A model generated the notes under the pieces. It was given only the letters and a program-made list of their open reading frames with translations, was not told the DNA's origin and searched no databases. Of a stretch of 64,000 nucleotides of DNA, positions 50,875 through 59,875 are shown piece after piece. The stretch is taken from positions 16,551 through 80,550 of the forward strand of contig JBOFPV010000059.1 of the NCBI GenBank assembly GCA_051660585.1. The letters run 5' to 3'. A program made the position numbers and the translations under genes. Each line of letters begins with the position of its first letter. Position 1 is the stretch's first letter. Source of the stretch: Tannerellaceae bacterium (GTDB lineage: Bacteria; Bacteroidota; Bacteroidia; Bacteroidales; CAMTPD01).

Positions 50875-53376
50875 TTAGAACAACGATAAAATAAGAGTAC
50901 CTACGGTTTTTACAATAAAAGCAACTACCCAAGCCAGCACTGTTGTATAGGTCATAACAAATGCTCCCCATTTCCAAGAACCCGATTCATGCTTGATGGC
51001 AGATACCGTTGCGATACAAGGAAAATAGATCAATACAAACAGCATCAGACAAAGAGCTGTTAACTGAGTGAAAGCCGGAAGTCCGTCATCCTGTTTCTCG
51101 GTTTGCAGGCGATGTTGTAGCGAAGTTGTCTCGTCGGTATGTCCGGTGTAAAGAACGCTGAGCGTACTTACCACAACCTCTTTGGCCGCCATTCCCGAAA
51201 GCAAACTCACGCTGATCTTCCAGTCAAAGCCCAATGGTCGCATTACAGGCTCTACAAATTGTCCTACTTTTCCAATGTACGAATGCTTTTGTTGCAGAAT
51301 GCTTTTCTCAACATTGAGAGAGTCGATCGAAGCAATCATAGCCTCGTTGTTGAGACCGGTTTGCTTGTTTTGCTCTAGCAGCTCGATTTGTTGATCAATC
51401 TTTTCGGTATATTCATTGTGTTGAGGATAATATCCCATAAACCAAATGATCAGAGATGCCAATAGGATTACACCACCCATCTTCTGCAAATACTGGCGTG
51501 CTTTTTCCCACATGTGATGAAGGATAGAGCGCATGGTAGGCATGCGATAGGGAGGAAGCTCCATTACAAACGGTACTTCTTCTTGTGCAAACAAGTATTT
51601 CTTGAAAACCTTTGCAGCAAGCACTGCCAAGAGTACGCCGGTGGCATAAAGACAAAGCATTACGAGGCTCGCATGTCGCGGAAAGAAAGCACTGGTAAGC
51701 AGTACATAAACCGGAAGTCGGGCACTGCACGACATCAATGGGTTTACAAGCATGGTTATCATGCGGCTGTTGCGACTCTCGATGGTGCGCGACGCCATAA
51801 TAGCGGGTACGTTACAGCCAAAGCCCATTACCAGCGGGATGAACGACTTGCCGTGTAATCCCATCTTATGCATGATTTTATCCATAATGAAAGCAGCCCG
51901 CGCCATGTAGCCCGAGTCTTCCATAAATGAGATAAACAGATAAAGTATCAGAATATTGGGAAGGAATACAATCACACCGCCTACGCCGCCAATGATACCA
52001 TTAACGAGCAGATCCTTGACCGGCCCTTCTTGCATGTGCGTACGAATGAGTTCGCCGAAGCTGTCTACCGCCCATTCGATCCATTCTACGGGATATGCGC
52101 CCAGCTTGAATGTGGTCTCAAACATGAGCCACATGAATAGAATAAAAATAGGGAAGCCGAGTAGTTTGTGCGTAACAAACGTATCAATGATTTGCGTATT
52201 GGATACTTTCTCGATCTGATTCTCTTGAAACGTTTCGCGCAGTGCACCCGAAATGAATCCGTAGCGGGCATCGGTAAATGCCGTCTCCGAATCTTCGTTG
52301 AGTAGATGTTCGATCTTATCTACAATTTGATTGCGGGTAGTAATGATCTCTTTCGCATTGGGGAAAGTTGATACAAACTGTTCGATCTCGCGGTCTTTCT
52401 CGAGAAGTTTGATCGCCAAGTAACGTTTCGATAAGTTTTTACCCAAGCTTTTGTTCTTGCGTAAGATGGGTTTTAGCTTCGAGATTGCTTGCTCGAGAAC
52501 TTCGCCATAGTTGATATGAATATGACGCACGATGGGTTCTTCGTGCTCGTATACTTTAATGATCTGATTAAATAAGGCCTCGATGCCACGACCGGTCTTG
52601 CTTACAGTTGGTACAATAGGTGTTCCGATCATTTCAGCAAGGGAGGTGTGGTCAAACTGACTTCCTCGCTTTTCGAGCTCGTCATACATGTTGAGCGCAA
52701 TTACCATTTGCACGTCCATGTCGAGTAATTGAGACGTAAGATATAGGTTGCGTTCGAGGTTTGAAGCATCTACCACGTTGATCACCACATCGGGTTGTTC
52801 GGTAGCCAAGTAGTTGCGTACATAAATCTCTTCCGGCGTATAGGCCGAAAGCGAATAGGTGCCCGGAAGGTCTACGATCTTAAAGGTATATCCGTTTTGC
52901 TTAAAAGTGGCTTGCTTGGCATCAACGGTAACACCGCTGTAGTTTCCTACGTGTTCGTGCGAGCCGGATGCAAAGTTAAACAAGGAAGTCTTACCGCAAT
53001 TGGGATTACCGATAAGGGCTACGTTGATTGTTTTTCCTTCGCGAAAGGCTATTTCACGCAGTTCATCGTCCGAAGGGGTTTGAGTAAGGCTATGTTCGTC
53101 GGTAGAGAAGGGGGCATTTGCATCTGCAAAAGCATTTGTAGCGTTGATATCGCTTAGGTTGATTACCTCAATAAGGGCCGCGTCTTGTCTGCGTAATGAA
53201 ATGTGATAATCCATTACCTTGTATTCGATCGGATCTTTGAGCGGAGCGTTTAGAATTACTTCTACCGTTTTCCCTTTGATGAATCCCATCTCAATGATGC
53301 GTTTGCGGAAACCTCCGCGTCCCAAAACTTTTACAATCAGTGCCTTTTCGCCGGTTTTTAGTTCTGATAATCTCAT
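50875..53376 (-). CDS. feoB: Fused FeoA-FeoB ferrous iron transporter
   Basis: 833 aa. N-terminal FeoA/SH3-like segment (LSELKTGEKALIVKV...), G-protein motifs GNPNCGKTSLFN and DLPGTYSL, and a polytopic C-terminus. Confidence 0.93.
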   Translation of the reverse strand: MRLSELKTGEKALIVKVLGRGGFRKRIIEMGFIKGKTVEVILNAPLKDPIEYKVMDYHISLRRQDAALIEVINLSDINATNAFADANAPFSTDEHSLTQTPSDDELREIAFREGKTINVALIGNPNCGKTSLFNFASGSHEHVGNYSGVTVDAKQATFKQNGYTFKIVDLPGTYSLSAYTPEEIYVRNYLATEQPDVVINVVDASNLERNLYLTSQLLDMDVQMVIALNMYDELEKRGSQFDHTSLAEMIGTPIVPTVSKTGRGIEALFNQIIKVYEHEEPIVRHIHINYGEVLEQAISKLKPILRKNKSLGKNLSKRYLAIKLLEKDREIEQFVSTFPNAKEIITTRNQIVDKIEHLLNEDSETAFTDARYGFISGALRETFQENQIEKVSNTQIIDTFVTHKLLGFPIFILFMWLMFETTFKLGAYPVEWIEWAVDSFGELIRTHMQEGPVKDLLVNGIIGGVGGVIVFLPNILILYLFISFMEDSGYMARAAFIMDKIMHKMGLHGKSFIPLVMGFGCNVPAIMASRTIESRNSRMITMLVNPLMSCSARLPVYVLLTSAFFPRHASLVMLCLYATGVLLAVLAAKVFKKYLFAQEEVPFVMELPPYRMPTMRSILHHMWEKARQYLQKMGGVILLASLIIWFMGYYPQHNEYTEKIDQQIELLEQNKQTGLNNEAMIASIDSLNVEKSILQQKHSYIGKVGQFVEPVMRPLGFDWKISVSLLSGMAAKEVVVSTLSVLYTGHTDETTSLQHRLQTEKQDDGLPAFTQLTALCLMLFVLIYFPCIATVSAIKHESGSWKWGAFVMTYTTVLAWVVAFIVKTVGTLILSLF

Positions 53377-53606
53377 AGCCTATATTTAGTAACGTAAAGG
53401 TAGTTTTTAATAACTTATTTTACAAGGAGCATGCTTTCTCGATTAAGGATGTTTATGTAATAGAAGTTACAATTAATACATCTTCTTTTTAGTATCTTTT
53501 TATTTTTATACAAATATGACGCTGCAGCAATATAGATTCGAAATCAATCTGTATTTTACGAACTTATTTATTGTCATGTCTGTTTTCTCTTTACAACGAT
53601 ACAATT

Positions 53607-54371
53607 ATGAAGCTATTTATGAAAAATAAAGACGATATATTTAAACAGTTCCAGAACTCATTTAACGGACTCCACGGGCATTTCCATGTCTTGGAACGTA
53701 GTGTGTCGGTCGAAGAGCAGATGAAATACTTTAAATACTCTGAGTCTTTGAAGCGTGAACGTGCTTATATTGATATTGATTCCTCGGCATTGGTTTTGGC
53801 CGATCTCGAAGAGTCGCTCGACAACAAACGAAAGGCTTTGGTAGCATTGGCTTCTTCGATCAATGCTCAGGCTTATCGTATTCTTGAAGATTACAGCAAG
53901 AATCCCGACGAGGAGTTGCGCGACTGGTCTCAATTGGCATTGCTTGAGTGTAAAATAGCGCTTGAAAGTGAGTTGTCTGAAGAACAGCAGATATTTATTT
54001 CGACCGGGCTGGGCGGAAAAGACGAAAAGTTACGTTTCTTTGTATTGGTAAAGACAAAGGATAAACATCCTCTTGTCAAATACCAAGAAGATATCGTATT
54101 GCATGAGTTTGAGTATGCATTGAAGAAGAATGGTTGTGAGATGGAAGATTTTAAGATCGCGACAAATTTCTTTAAAATGGTTGTGCTTGTTCCTATCGGT
54201 TGCAATATAAAAGGTATCTTTGACTCAATAATAAACGAATGCAATCAATATGGCGACTTTTTGTCTCCGGTATATACCGTTACGAATGTCAAGATATTGG
54301 ACGATGAAGAGATTGCAAAGATTATAGATAGAGATGGAGATATCAAGTCAAACACTAAGGCAAGTAGTTAA
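53607..54371 (+). CDS. Hypothetical protein with no recognisable motif
   Basis: Tracked ORF 53571..54371 begins with TTG; the first ATG is at 53607. Predicted soluble, with a helical N-terminal half. It overlaps the downstream GtrA-like gene by 38 nt. Confidence 0.5.
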   Translation: MKLFMKNKDDIFKQFQNSFNGLHGHFHVLERSVSVEEQMKYFKYSESLKRERAYIDIDSSALVLADLEESLDNKRKALVALASSINAQAYRILEDYSKNPDEELRDWSQLALLECKIALESELSEEQQIFISTGLGGKDEKLRFFVLVKTKDKHPLVKYQEDIVLHEFEYALKKNGCEMEDFKIATNFFKMVVLVPIGCNIKGIFDSIINECNQYGDFLSPVYTVTNVKILDDEEIAKIIDRDGDIKSNTKASS

Positions 54372-54723
54372 GTATGGAGTTGTAGGTCTTGCCAATACGC
54401 TCCTTACTGCTCTGATTATTTGGTTCTGTATGGAGCTTTTTTTATTGGATGCAGTCGTATCTAATGTAATTGGATATGCGATTGGTCTTATCAATAGCTT
54501 TGTGTGGAACAGACGATGGACGTTTAAAAGCAACGCTTCGATGCGTAGAGCTTTTTTGAAATTTGGTATTAGTTTTGCAGTGTGTTATGCGGCGCAGCTT
54601 GCCGTATTGATTGAATTGAATGATTTTAATTTCTTCGAACCCTATTACAATCAACTGTTAGCAATGGTGTTTTATACCGCTCTTAACTTTGTGTGTAATA
54701 AATACTTTACTTTTAATGAATGA
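54334..54723 (+). CDS. GtrA-family membrane protein
   Basis: 129 aa, four TM segments. VKYGVVGLANTLL N-terminus and the ...NRRWTFK motif typical of GtrA. Confidence 0.8.
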   Translation: MEISSQTLRQVVKYGVVGLANTLLTALIIWFCMELFLLDAVVSNVIGYAIGLINSFVWNRRWTFKSNASMRRAFLKFGISFAVCYAAQLAVLIELNDFNFFEPYYNQLLAMVFYTALNFVCNKYFTFNE

Positions 54724-55682
54724 TGCGTATGAAAAGTGTTACCGTTATCGTACCATGCTATAATGAAGAGTTGGTGATACTCGAGTCGTATACACGTATT
54801 AGCACGGTACTCTCTTCGTTAGACTATGATTCATGTATTTTGTTTGTAAACGATGGTAGCTCGGATGCTACTTTGAAGATATTAAGAGGTATTGCCGAAA
54901 AAGACAATCGCGTTTCCGTATTAAGTTTCTCTCGTAATTTCGGACATCAAGCAGCCGTGAGTGCCGGAATCAATCATTGCACCACCGATTTTGCGATTAT
55001 CATTGATGCCGATCTACAAGATCCTCCCGAAGTAATTCCTGATATGTTGCGTATGCAAGAAGCCGAGCAGGCAAATGTGGTCTATTGCGTACGTAAAGAA
55101 CGCAAAGGGGAGGGCACGTTTAAGAAAACTACGGCAAAGTGGTTTTATCGTATGCTCAATGCCATGTCGGATACAAACTTCCCAGTTGATACGGGCGACT
55201 TCCGTTTGATCGATCGAAAGATAATTGATCAGTTTGACCAACTAACTGAGCGCGGAAAATACATCCGAGGGTTGATTAGCTGGATGGGTTTTAAGCAGGT
55301 GCCTTTTTACTATTCGCGTGATGCACGCTGGGCGGGAACTACAAAATATCCGCTTAGTAAGATGTTTGGCTTTGCTACGAATGCCTTTCTTTACTTCTCA
55401 AAGAAACCACTTAAGCTTGCTATATCTATGGGTTTTTTATCTGTGGTTGTAGGTATTCTATTGGCTTTGTGGTCGGTAGGAGGAAAGTTTTTCGGTGTCA
55501 CTATTATCCCGGGGTGGACTTCTTTGATGATTACCGTAATATTCTTTGGAGGTGTGCAACTGCTTACTATTGGAGTCCTGGGACAATATATCGGGGTTTT
55601 ATTTGATGAGGTAAAACATCGTCCCGAATATATTGTAGATGAGAAGATCAACGTAAAAGGGAAATACAATACATTTAATTGA
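54720..55682 (+). CDS. GT2 polyprenyl-phosphate glycosyltransferase (GtrB/ArnC-like)
   Basis: 320 aa. VTVIVPCYNEE, DGSSD and IDADLQDPPE motifs, plus two C-terminal TM helices. Overlaps the GtrA-like gene by 4 nt. Confidence 0.88.
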   Translation: MMRMKSVTVIVPCYNEELVILESYTRISTVLSSLDYDSCILFVNDGSSDATLKILRGIAEKDNRVSVLSFSRNFGHQAAVSAGINHCTTDFAIIIDADLQDPPEVIPDMLRMQEAEQANVVYCVRKERKGEGTFKKTTAKWFYRMLNAMSDTNFPVDTGDFRLIDRKIIDQFDQLTERGKYIRGLISWMGFKQVPFYYSRDARWAGTTKYPLSKMFGFATNAFLYFSKKPLKLAISMGFLSVVVGILLALWSVGGKFFGVTIIPGWTSLMITVIFFGGVQLLTIGVLGQYIGVLFDEVKHRPEYIVDEKINVKGKYNTFN

Positions 55683-57042
55683 CTTCGTTCAAGCAAATGG
55701 TTTCTGCTCGCATGTATTCTACCTCGCGCATGTGATGCGTAATGAATAGAAACACAAAGTTGTGCTTGCGTTGCAACTCGAGCGTAAGGTCGATCAGTTG
55801 ATTGGTAAGTGAGGGTTGCAGCCCTTTGAAGGGTTCGTCCATGAGTACTACTTCTGCCGGAAAACTCAATGCACGTGCAATTGCTACGCGTTGTTGCTGT
55901 CCGTAGCTTAGGTGGGTTACTGCGGCATCGAGGTGATTGCCCAGTCCTACGGTTTGAAGTATATCAATGGCTATATTCTGTGCCTGTTGCTTCGGATAGA
56001 TATTTGCCAATGTAAGCATTATGTTCTGTACGGGATTGAGCTGATTTATTAGCATGGGTGATTGAAATACCACAGCAGCATTTTGAATCGAACTTATAGA
56101 GCCCTTCGAGGCTTTTCTCCATCCTCCGATAATAGACATTAGTGTTGTCTTTCCTACTCCCGAGTTACCCAATAGCGCATAACTATGACCTTTTCCCAAT
56201 TTCAAAGAATAGTCTTTTAGAATAGATCGCTCCGGATAACTGAAGGAGATGTTATCTAATACGATGTCTGACGGGATGATGTCGCTGCTTTTCTGCTTGA
56301 TAAATAAAATGGGAAAGTTGAGGCGGGATAGTTTCTTGATCAGTACGTCAAAAATATAACTAATACCAATGGCGACGATGGTCCATGCTACGAGTGAGGA
56401 TACATCGAGGTGATATTGCGCATCTTTGAGTTGCTTGCCGATACCAAAGTCGGTCATTGCAAGTACCTCTCCCATAATAATTGCTCTCCATCCGTAGCCC
56501 ATCGACGAAGCAAGTCCACTAAAAAGATACGGCTTTATTTGCGGATAAATGATTTGTGTAAATTTATTGACCGAACTAATGTGAAATTGATGTGCCATCA
56601 CGGTGAGGTCGGAGTTTAGTTTTTCTAATCCGCCTGTAAGGTTTTGGCATAGGATCGGAAACATTACCAGCAATGCGATCACAATAGGAATGGTCTCTAC
56701 ATTGAGAAAGATTATTGCTAAAAGAATAAATGAGATTGTTGGGATGGTACGCATCATAACAATCAATGGACTGAGTAGTTCTTTGATAAATGGAATCTTC
56801 ACAAACGCAATAGATATGCTTAGTGCTGCAACCAAAGAGATTACGATGCCGACACAACCGCGTAGGGTAGTGCTCAATACCGAGTTGAAAAAGTGATCGG
56901 TAGATGATAGGTGAATCAGTTCGTTTGCGAGTGATTGCAATGTAGGAAAAAGGTGATCGTTGTCGATCCACTTTGCCAGGTATTGCCATCCTAATAAAAC
57001 GATTGCAAAAGTGAGGATATGAATTAGAAGTTTACTCCGCAT
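55675..57042 (-). CDS. Fused ABC importer permease (NitT/TauT-like) and ATP-binding domain
   Basis: The N-terminal part, about 260 aa, has 6 TM segments. The C-terminus has Walker A GNSGVGKTT, signature LSYGQQQRVAIARAL and Walker B VVLMDEPF. First ATG at 57042; the tracked TTG start is 57078. Confidence 0.8.
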   Translation of the reverse strand: MRSKLLIHILTFAIVLLGWQYLAKWIDNDHLFPTLQSLANELIHLSSTDHFFNSVLSTTLRGCVGIVISLVAALSISIAFVKIPFIKELLSPLIVMMRTIPTISFILLAIIFLNVETIPIVIALLVMFPILCQNLTGGLEKLNSDLTVMAHQFHISSVNKFTQIIYPQIKPYLFSGLASSMGYGWRAIIMGEVLAMTDFGIGKQLKDAQYHLDVSSLVAWTIVAIGISYIFDVLIKKLSRLNFPILFIKQKSSDIIPSDIVLDNISFSYPERSILKDYSLKLGKGHSYALLGNSGVGKTTLMSIIGGWRKASKGSISSIQNAAVVFQSPMLINQLNPVQNIMLTLANIYPKQQAQNIAIDILQTVGLGNHLDAAVTHLSYGQQQRVAIARALSFPAEVVLMDEPFKGLQPSLTNQLIDLTLELQRKHNFVFLFITHHMREVEYMRAETICLNEVN

Positions 57043-57961
57043 AGATATAGAAGCCTTCGTCGGGTAGTTTCTCTCCAACCGATTTAGGGTTTAAGTTCAG
57101 AATTGTATTTAGGTATTTGATAAAGTCTTGTTTTGCTTCGCGACTGCTTTTGAAATCTATCTTACAACGTTTAATGCTTTCTTCTGTAATGGTGCCAACA
57201 CCGAAGGTTCTGCTTTCTTCAATAATGCGAATAACCTCTTTGGGATGTTGCGTTGTGGCAAGAGCAGCTTCTTCAAACAGCGTTGTTAATGTATCGGCAT
57301 ACTTCTGCATGGCGGGATTAATCACAATGGCCGTTTGTGGAAAACCTACCTCTCCGTTGAGTTGATTCAAGTCGGCAATGACAGACAAAGAGGTGTCTTG
57401 ACGTAGTGCAACCGATATGAACGGTTCGCTTAAAATAGCAGCATTTGCTCGGCGACTCAACAATAAACCGGTTAGTTCTTGAGGGGATTCGACCGAATAG
57501 TTGTAATTGGTAATGCCGGAAGGAAATCCGTTTTTCTGAAAATAGTTTTCGGCTAAGATCGAAGGGGTTGTTTCTTTTCCAAACATATATACCGATTCAT
57601 TTCCCGATTTCTGAATAGAATCGACGCGACCAATCAGATAAATGCTTCCCCAGACCGAACAGCCAAGTAGTTTATAGTCTATTTGCTTGTTATAAAGATT
57701 AGCTGCGCTAATCAAAGGAAGAAGAGCAATGTCTGCTTCTTTTTTGATTATCGCAGCTTGTATTTGTTGCGGACTATCGAGTATTCGCACTTCTATCTTT
57801 TTTCCATCCACGTATGTGTTGCCTTCGAGAAACTGTGCAACAGTAAGTATAGATGGTCCGCGTAATGCATATACATCTATTGTGTCTTCTTTTGAAGTAT
57901 TGGTCTTGTTGCATCCTGTAGTAAGCAAAAGCACACATAGCAGGTATAGAAATTGTTTCAT
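57032..57961 (-). CDS. ABC transporter substrate-binding lipoprotein (NMT1/SsuA-like)
   Basis: 309 aa. Lipobox LLTTGC and a periplasmic-binding-protein-like fold, immediately upstream of the permease. Confidence 0.7.
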   Translation of the reverse strand: MKQFLYLLCVLLLTTGCNKTNTSKEDTIDVYALRGPSILTVAQFLEGNTYVDGKKIEVRILDSPQQIQAAIIKKEADIALLPLISAANLYNKQIDYKLLGCSVWGSIYLIGRVDSIQKSGNESVYMFGKETTPSILAENYFQKNGFPSGITNYNYSVESPQELTGLLLSRRANAAILSEPFISVALRQDTSLSVIADLNQLNGEVGFPQTAIVINPAMQKYADTLTTLFEEAALATTQHPKEVIRIIEESRTFGVGTITEESIKRCKIDFKSSREAKQDFIKYLNTILNLNPKSVGEKLPDEGFYIYAE

Positions 57962-57967
57962 TCGTTG

Positions 57968-58393
57968 TTAGAGTTGTTTTAAATCGTTTGCGAGAATAAG
58001 ATCCAATCTATTTTGATTGATTACATCCAGCGCAGCCTCTTTGTTGTTGGTTTGTAATATAAGTATAGCTGCGTCATTGAGAGAAAAGCAATACATGTAT
58101 TCTATGCTGACACCTGCAGCAGAGAAATATTCAATGGTTTTGGCGAAAGCACCTGCGAATGAATCGGTCTTTATGGCGATTACATCAGACAAGTTTGCGC
58201 TTATTTTATTATGCTTTAATATCGTGATCGCTTTTTCAGGATCGTTTACTATCATGCGTAAAATCCCAAACTCAGAGGTGTCTGCTACTGTGGCAGCTAT
58301 AATCTTGATTTGTTCTCCGCCGAGTATACTCAGGATTTCGTTCAATCTTCCTGATTTATTCTCAAGAAAGATAGAAATTTGTTTAACAGTCAT
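57968..58393 (-). CDS. ACT-domain protein
   Basis: Two ACT-like repeats (ISIFLENKSGRLNEILSIL...). This is the typical partner gene downstream of paaK-like ligases. ATG at 58393 preferred over the tracked TTG at 58417. Confidence 0.75.
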   Translation of the reverse strand: MTVKQISIFLENKSGRLNEILSILGGEQIKIIAATVADTSEFGILRMIVNDPEKAITILKHNKISANLSDVIAIKTDSFAGAFAKTIEYFSAAGVSIEYMYCFSLNDAAILILQTNNKEAALDVINQNRLDLILANDLKQL

Positions 58394-58419
58394 TTCCGTT
58401 CTGTTTTGATGTTGCAAAT

Positions 58420-59718
58420 TTAAAGAAAATTTCTCAGATCTTTTACACGTACAGCCTTTCCTTCGCTTACGGGCAGACTGTCTTTGTCTACTAATTTAAC
58501 TTTCGGAGTGAGTAGTAGCTCATCTTTAAGTTGACGCGTAATATCTCGGGTGAGTTTCTGTAATGTAGAGTAGTCGTCTGTAAACAAGTCGTTTAATTCT
58601 ACTTCTATAAGCATTTCGTCGTTGTTGTTTACAGTGTGGAGCGTGATAAGATAGTTGTTGCCTAGCTCTTTGAATTGCATTAAAATTTTTTCTATTTGTA
58701 TCGGAAAAATATTAACACCTTTCAAGATCATCATATCATCACTTCGTCCTTGAAATCTATCGATACGGCGGTGTGTTCTACCGCAAGCACATGTGCCGGG
58801 TATAAAACGAGTGAGATCACGGGTGCGATAACGAATTAGCGGCATTGCATCTCTATTGATCGTTGTAAGGACAAGTTCGCCTATTTCGCCATCTTTTACA
58901 GGATCCAACGTAACGGGATCTATAATCTCTGCAATTACATAATCTTCCCAGATGTGAAGGCCGTTTTGTTCTTGACACTCAAAGGCGACACCCGGACCAT
59001 TCATCTCAGACATACCAAAGCAGTTGTATGCTTTTACACCCAATAGAGACTCGATGCGCTGACGTTGCTCTTCAGAGTGTGGCTCGGCACCGATAAAGAG
59101 AATACGAAGTTTGGTGTCTTTTTTCGGATCACAACCCATTTCGTGCATAACCTCAGCTAGGCGAGTGGCATAACTCGGTATGGCATGTATGCATGTAGTT
59201 CCAAAGTCTTGTATGAACTTTACTTGTCGTTTGCTATTTCCTGCCGCGGCCGGAACGGTAAGTGCACCCAGTCTTTCGGCTCCGTATTGAAATCCGAGTC
59301 CGCCGGTAAACATACCATAGCCGGATGTGTTTTGGAATACATCACTTTTGCGTGCACCAGCCATATACATACAACGAGCAACTTGATTGGCCCATTCGTC
59401 GAGATCTTTCTGTGTGTGAAGTACTACCGTGGGATTACCAGTTGTGCCACTTGACGAATGCAAACGTACACATTTGTCGAGCGGGACGGCTACGAATCCG
59501 TATGGATAGTTGTTGCGCAGGTCGTCTTTTGTTGTAAAAGGCAGCTTTGTGATTTCGTCTATCGAAGAGAGTTCTTGCGGATAGTCCGGATTGTCTTGAA
59601 ATAGTTGCTTGTAGTATGCCGAATTGAGGGCATGTTGTAGTATGCCATTTAATCTTGAAAGCTGTAACTGTTCAAGACTTGTGCGTGGCATGGTTTCAAT
59701 TTGTTCTTCAAAATACAT
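58420..59718 (-). CDS. paaK: Phenylacetate-CoA ligase family protein
   Basis: AMP-binding motif SSGTTGNPT and a PaaK-type N-terminus (MYFEEQIETMPR...). ATG at 59718 preferred because the tracked TTG at 59772 coincides with the -7 box. Confidence 0.88.
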   Translation of the reverse strand: MYFEEQIETMPRTSLEQLQLSRLNGILQHALNSAYYKQLFQDNPDYPQELSSIDEITKLPFTTKDDLRNNYPYGFVAVPLDKCVRLHSSSGTTGNPTVVLHTQKDLDEWANQVARCMYMAGARKSDVFQNTSGYGMFTGGLGFQYGAERLGALTVPAAAGNSKRQVKFIQDFGTTCIHAIPSYATRLAEVMHEMGCDPKKDTKLRILFIGAEPHSEEQRQRIESLLGVKAYNCFGMSEMNGPGVAFECQEQNGLHIWEDYVIAEIIDPVTLDPVKDGEIGELVLTTINRDAMPLIRYRTRDLTRFIPGTCACGRTHRRIDRFQGRSDDMMILKGVNIFPIQIEKILMQFKELGNNYLITLHTVNNNDEMLIEVELNDLFTDDYSTLQKLTRDITRQLKDELLLTPKVKLVDKDSLPVSEGKAVRVKDLRNFL

Positions 59719-59771
59719 AAATAAGATCAATTTGTGTGTTGTTGTGGTGTTAGCACTTGTAAATTGAAGCA

Positions 59772-59779
59772 AATTTAGA
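59772..59779 (-). promoter_or_regulatory. -7 box TAAATTTG (minus strand) for the paaK operon
   Basis: Plus-strand caaattta, 54 nt upstream of the ATG at 59718. Confidence 0.45.
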
Positions 59780-59809
59780 AAATATATAGATTTAAGGTAC
59801 TTATTTGAG

Positions 59810-59852
59810 TAAAAAGAAAGGGATATGAACGTTTTTACGTGTCATATCCCTT
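59810..59852 (-). terminator. Terminator of the acyl-CoA ligase gene
   Basis: 11-bp stem aagggatatga / tcatatccctt, with tctttttac following on the minus strand. Confidence 0.7.
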
Positions 59853-59875
59853 ATAATTAGGCTTGAAAAACTATT

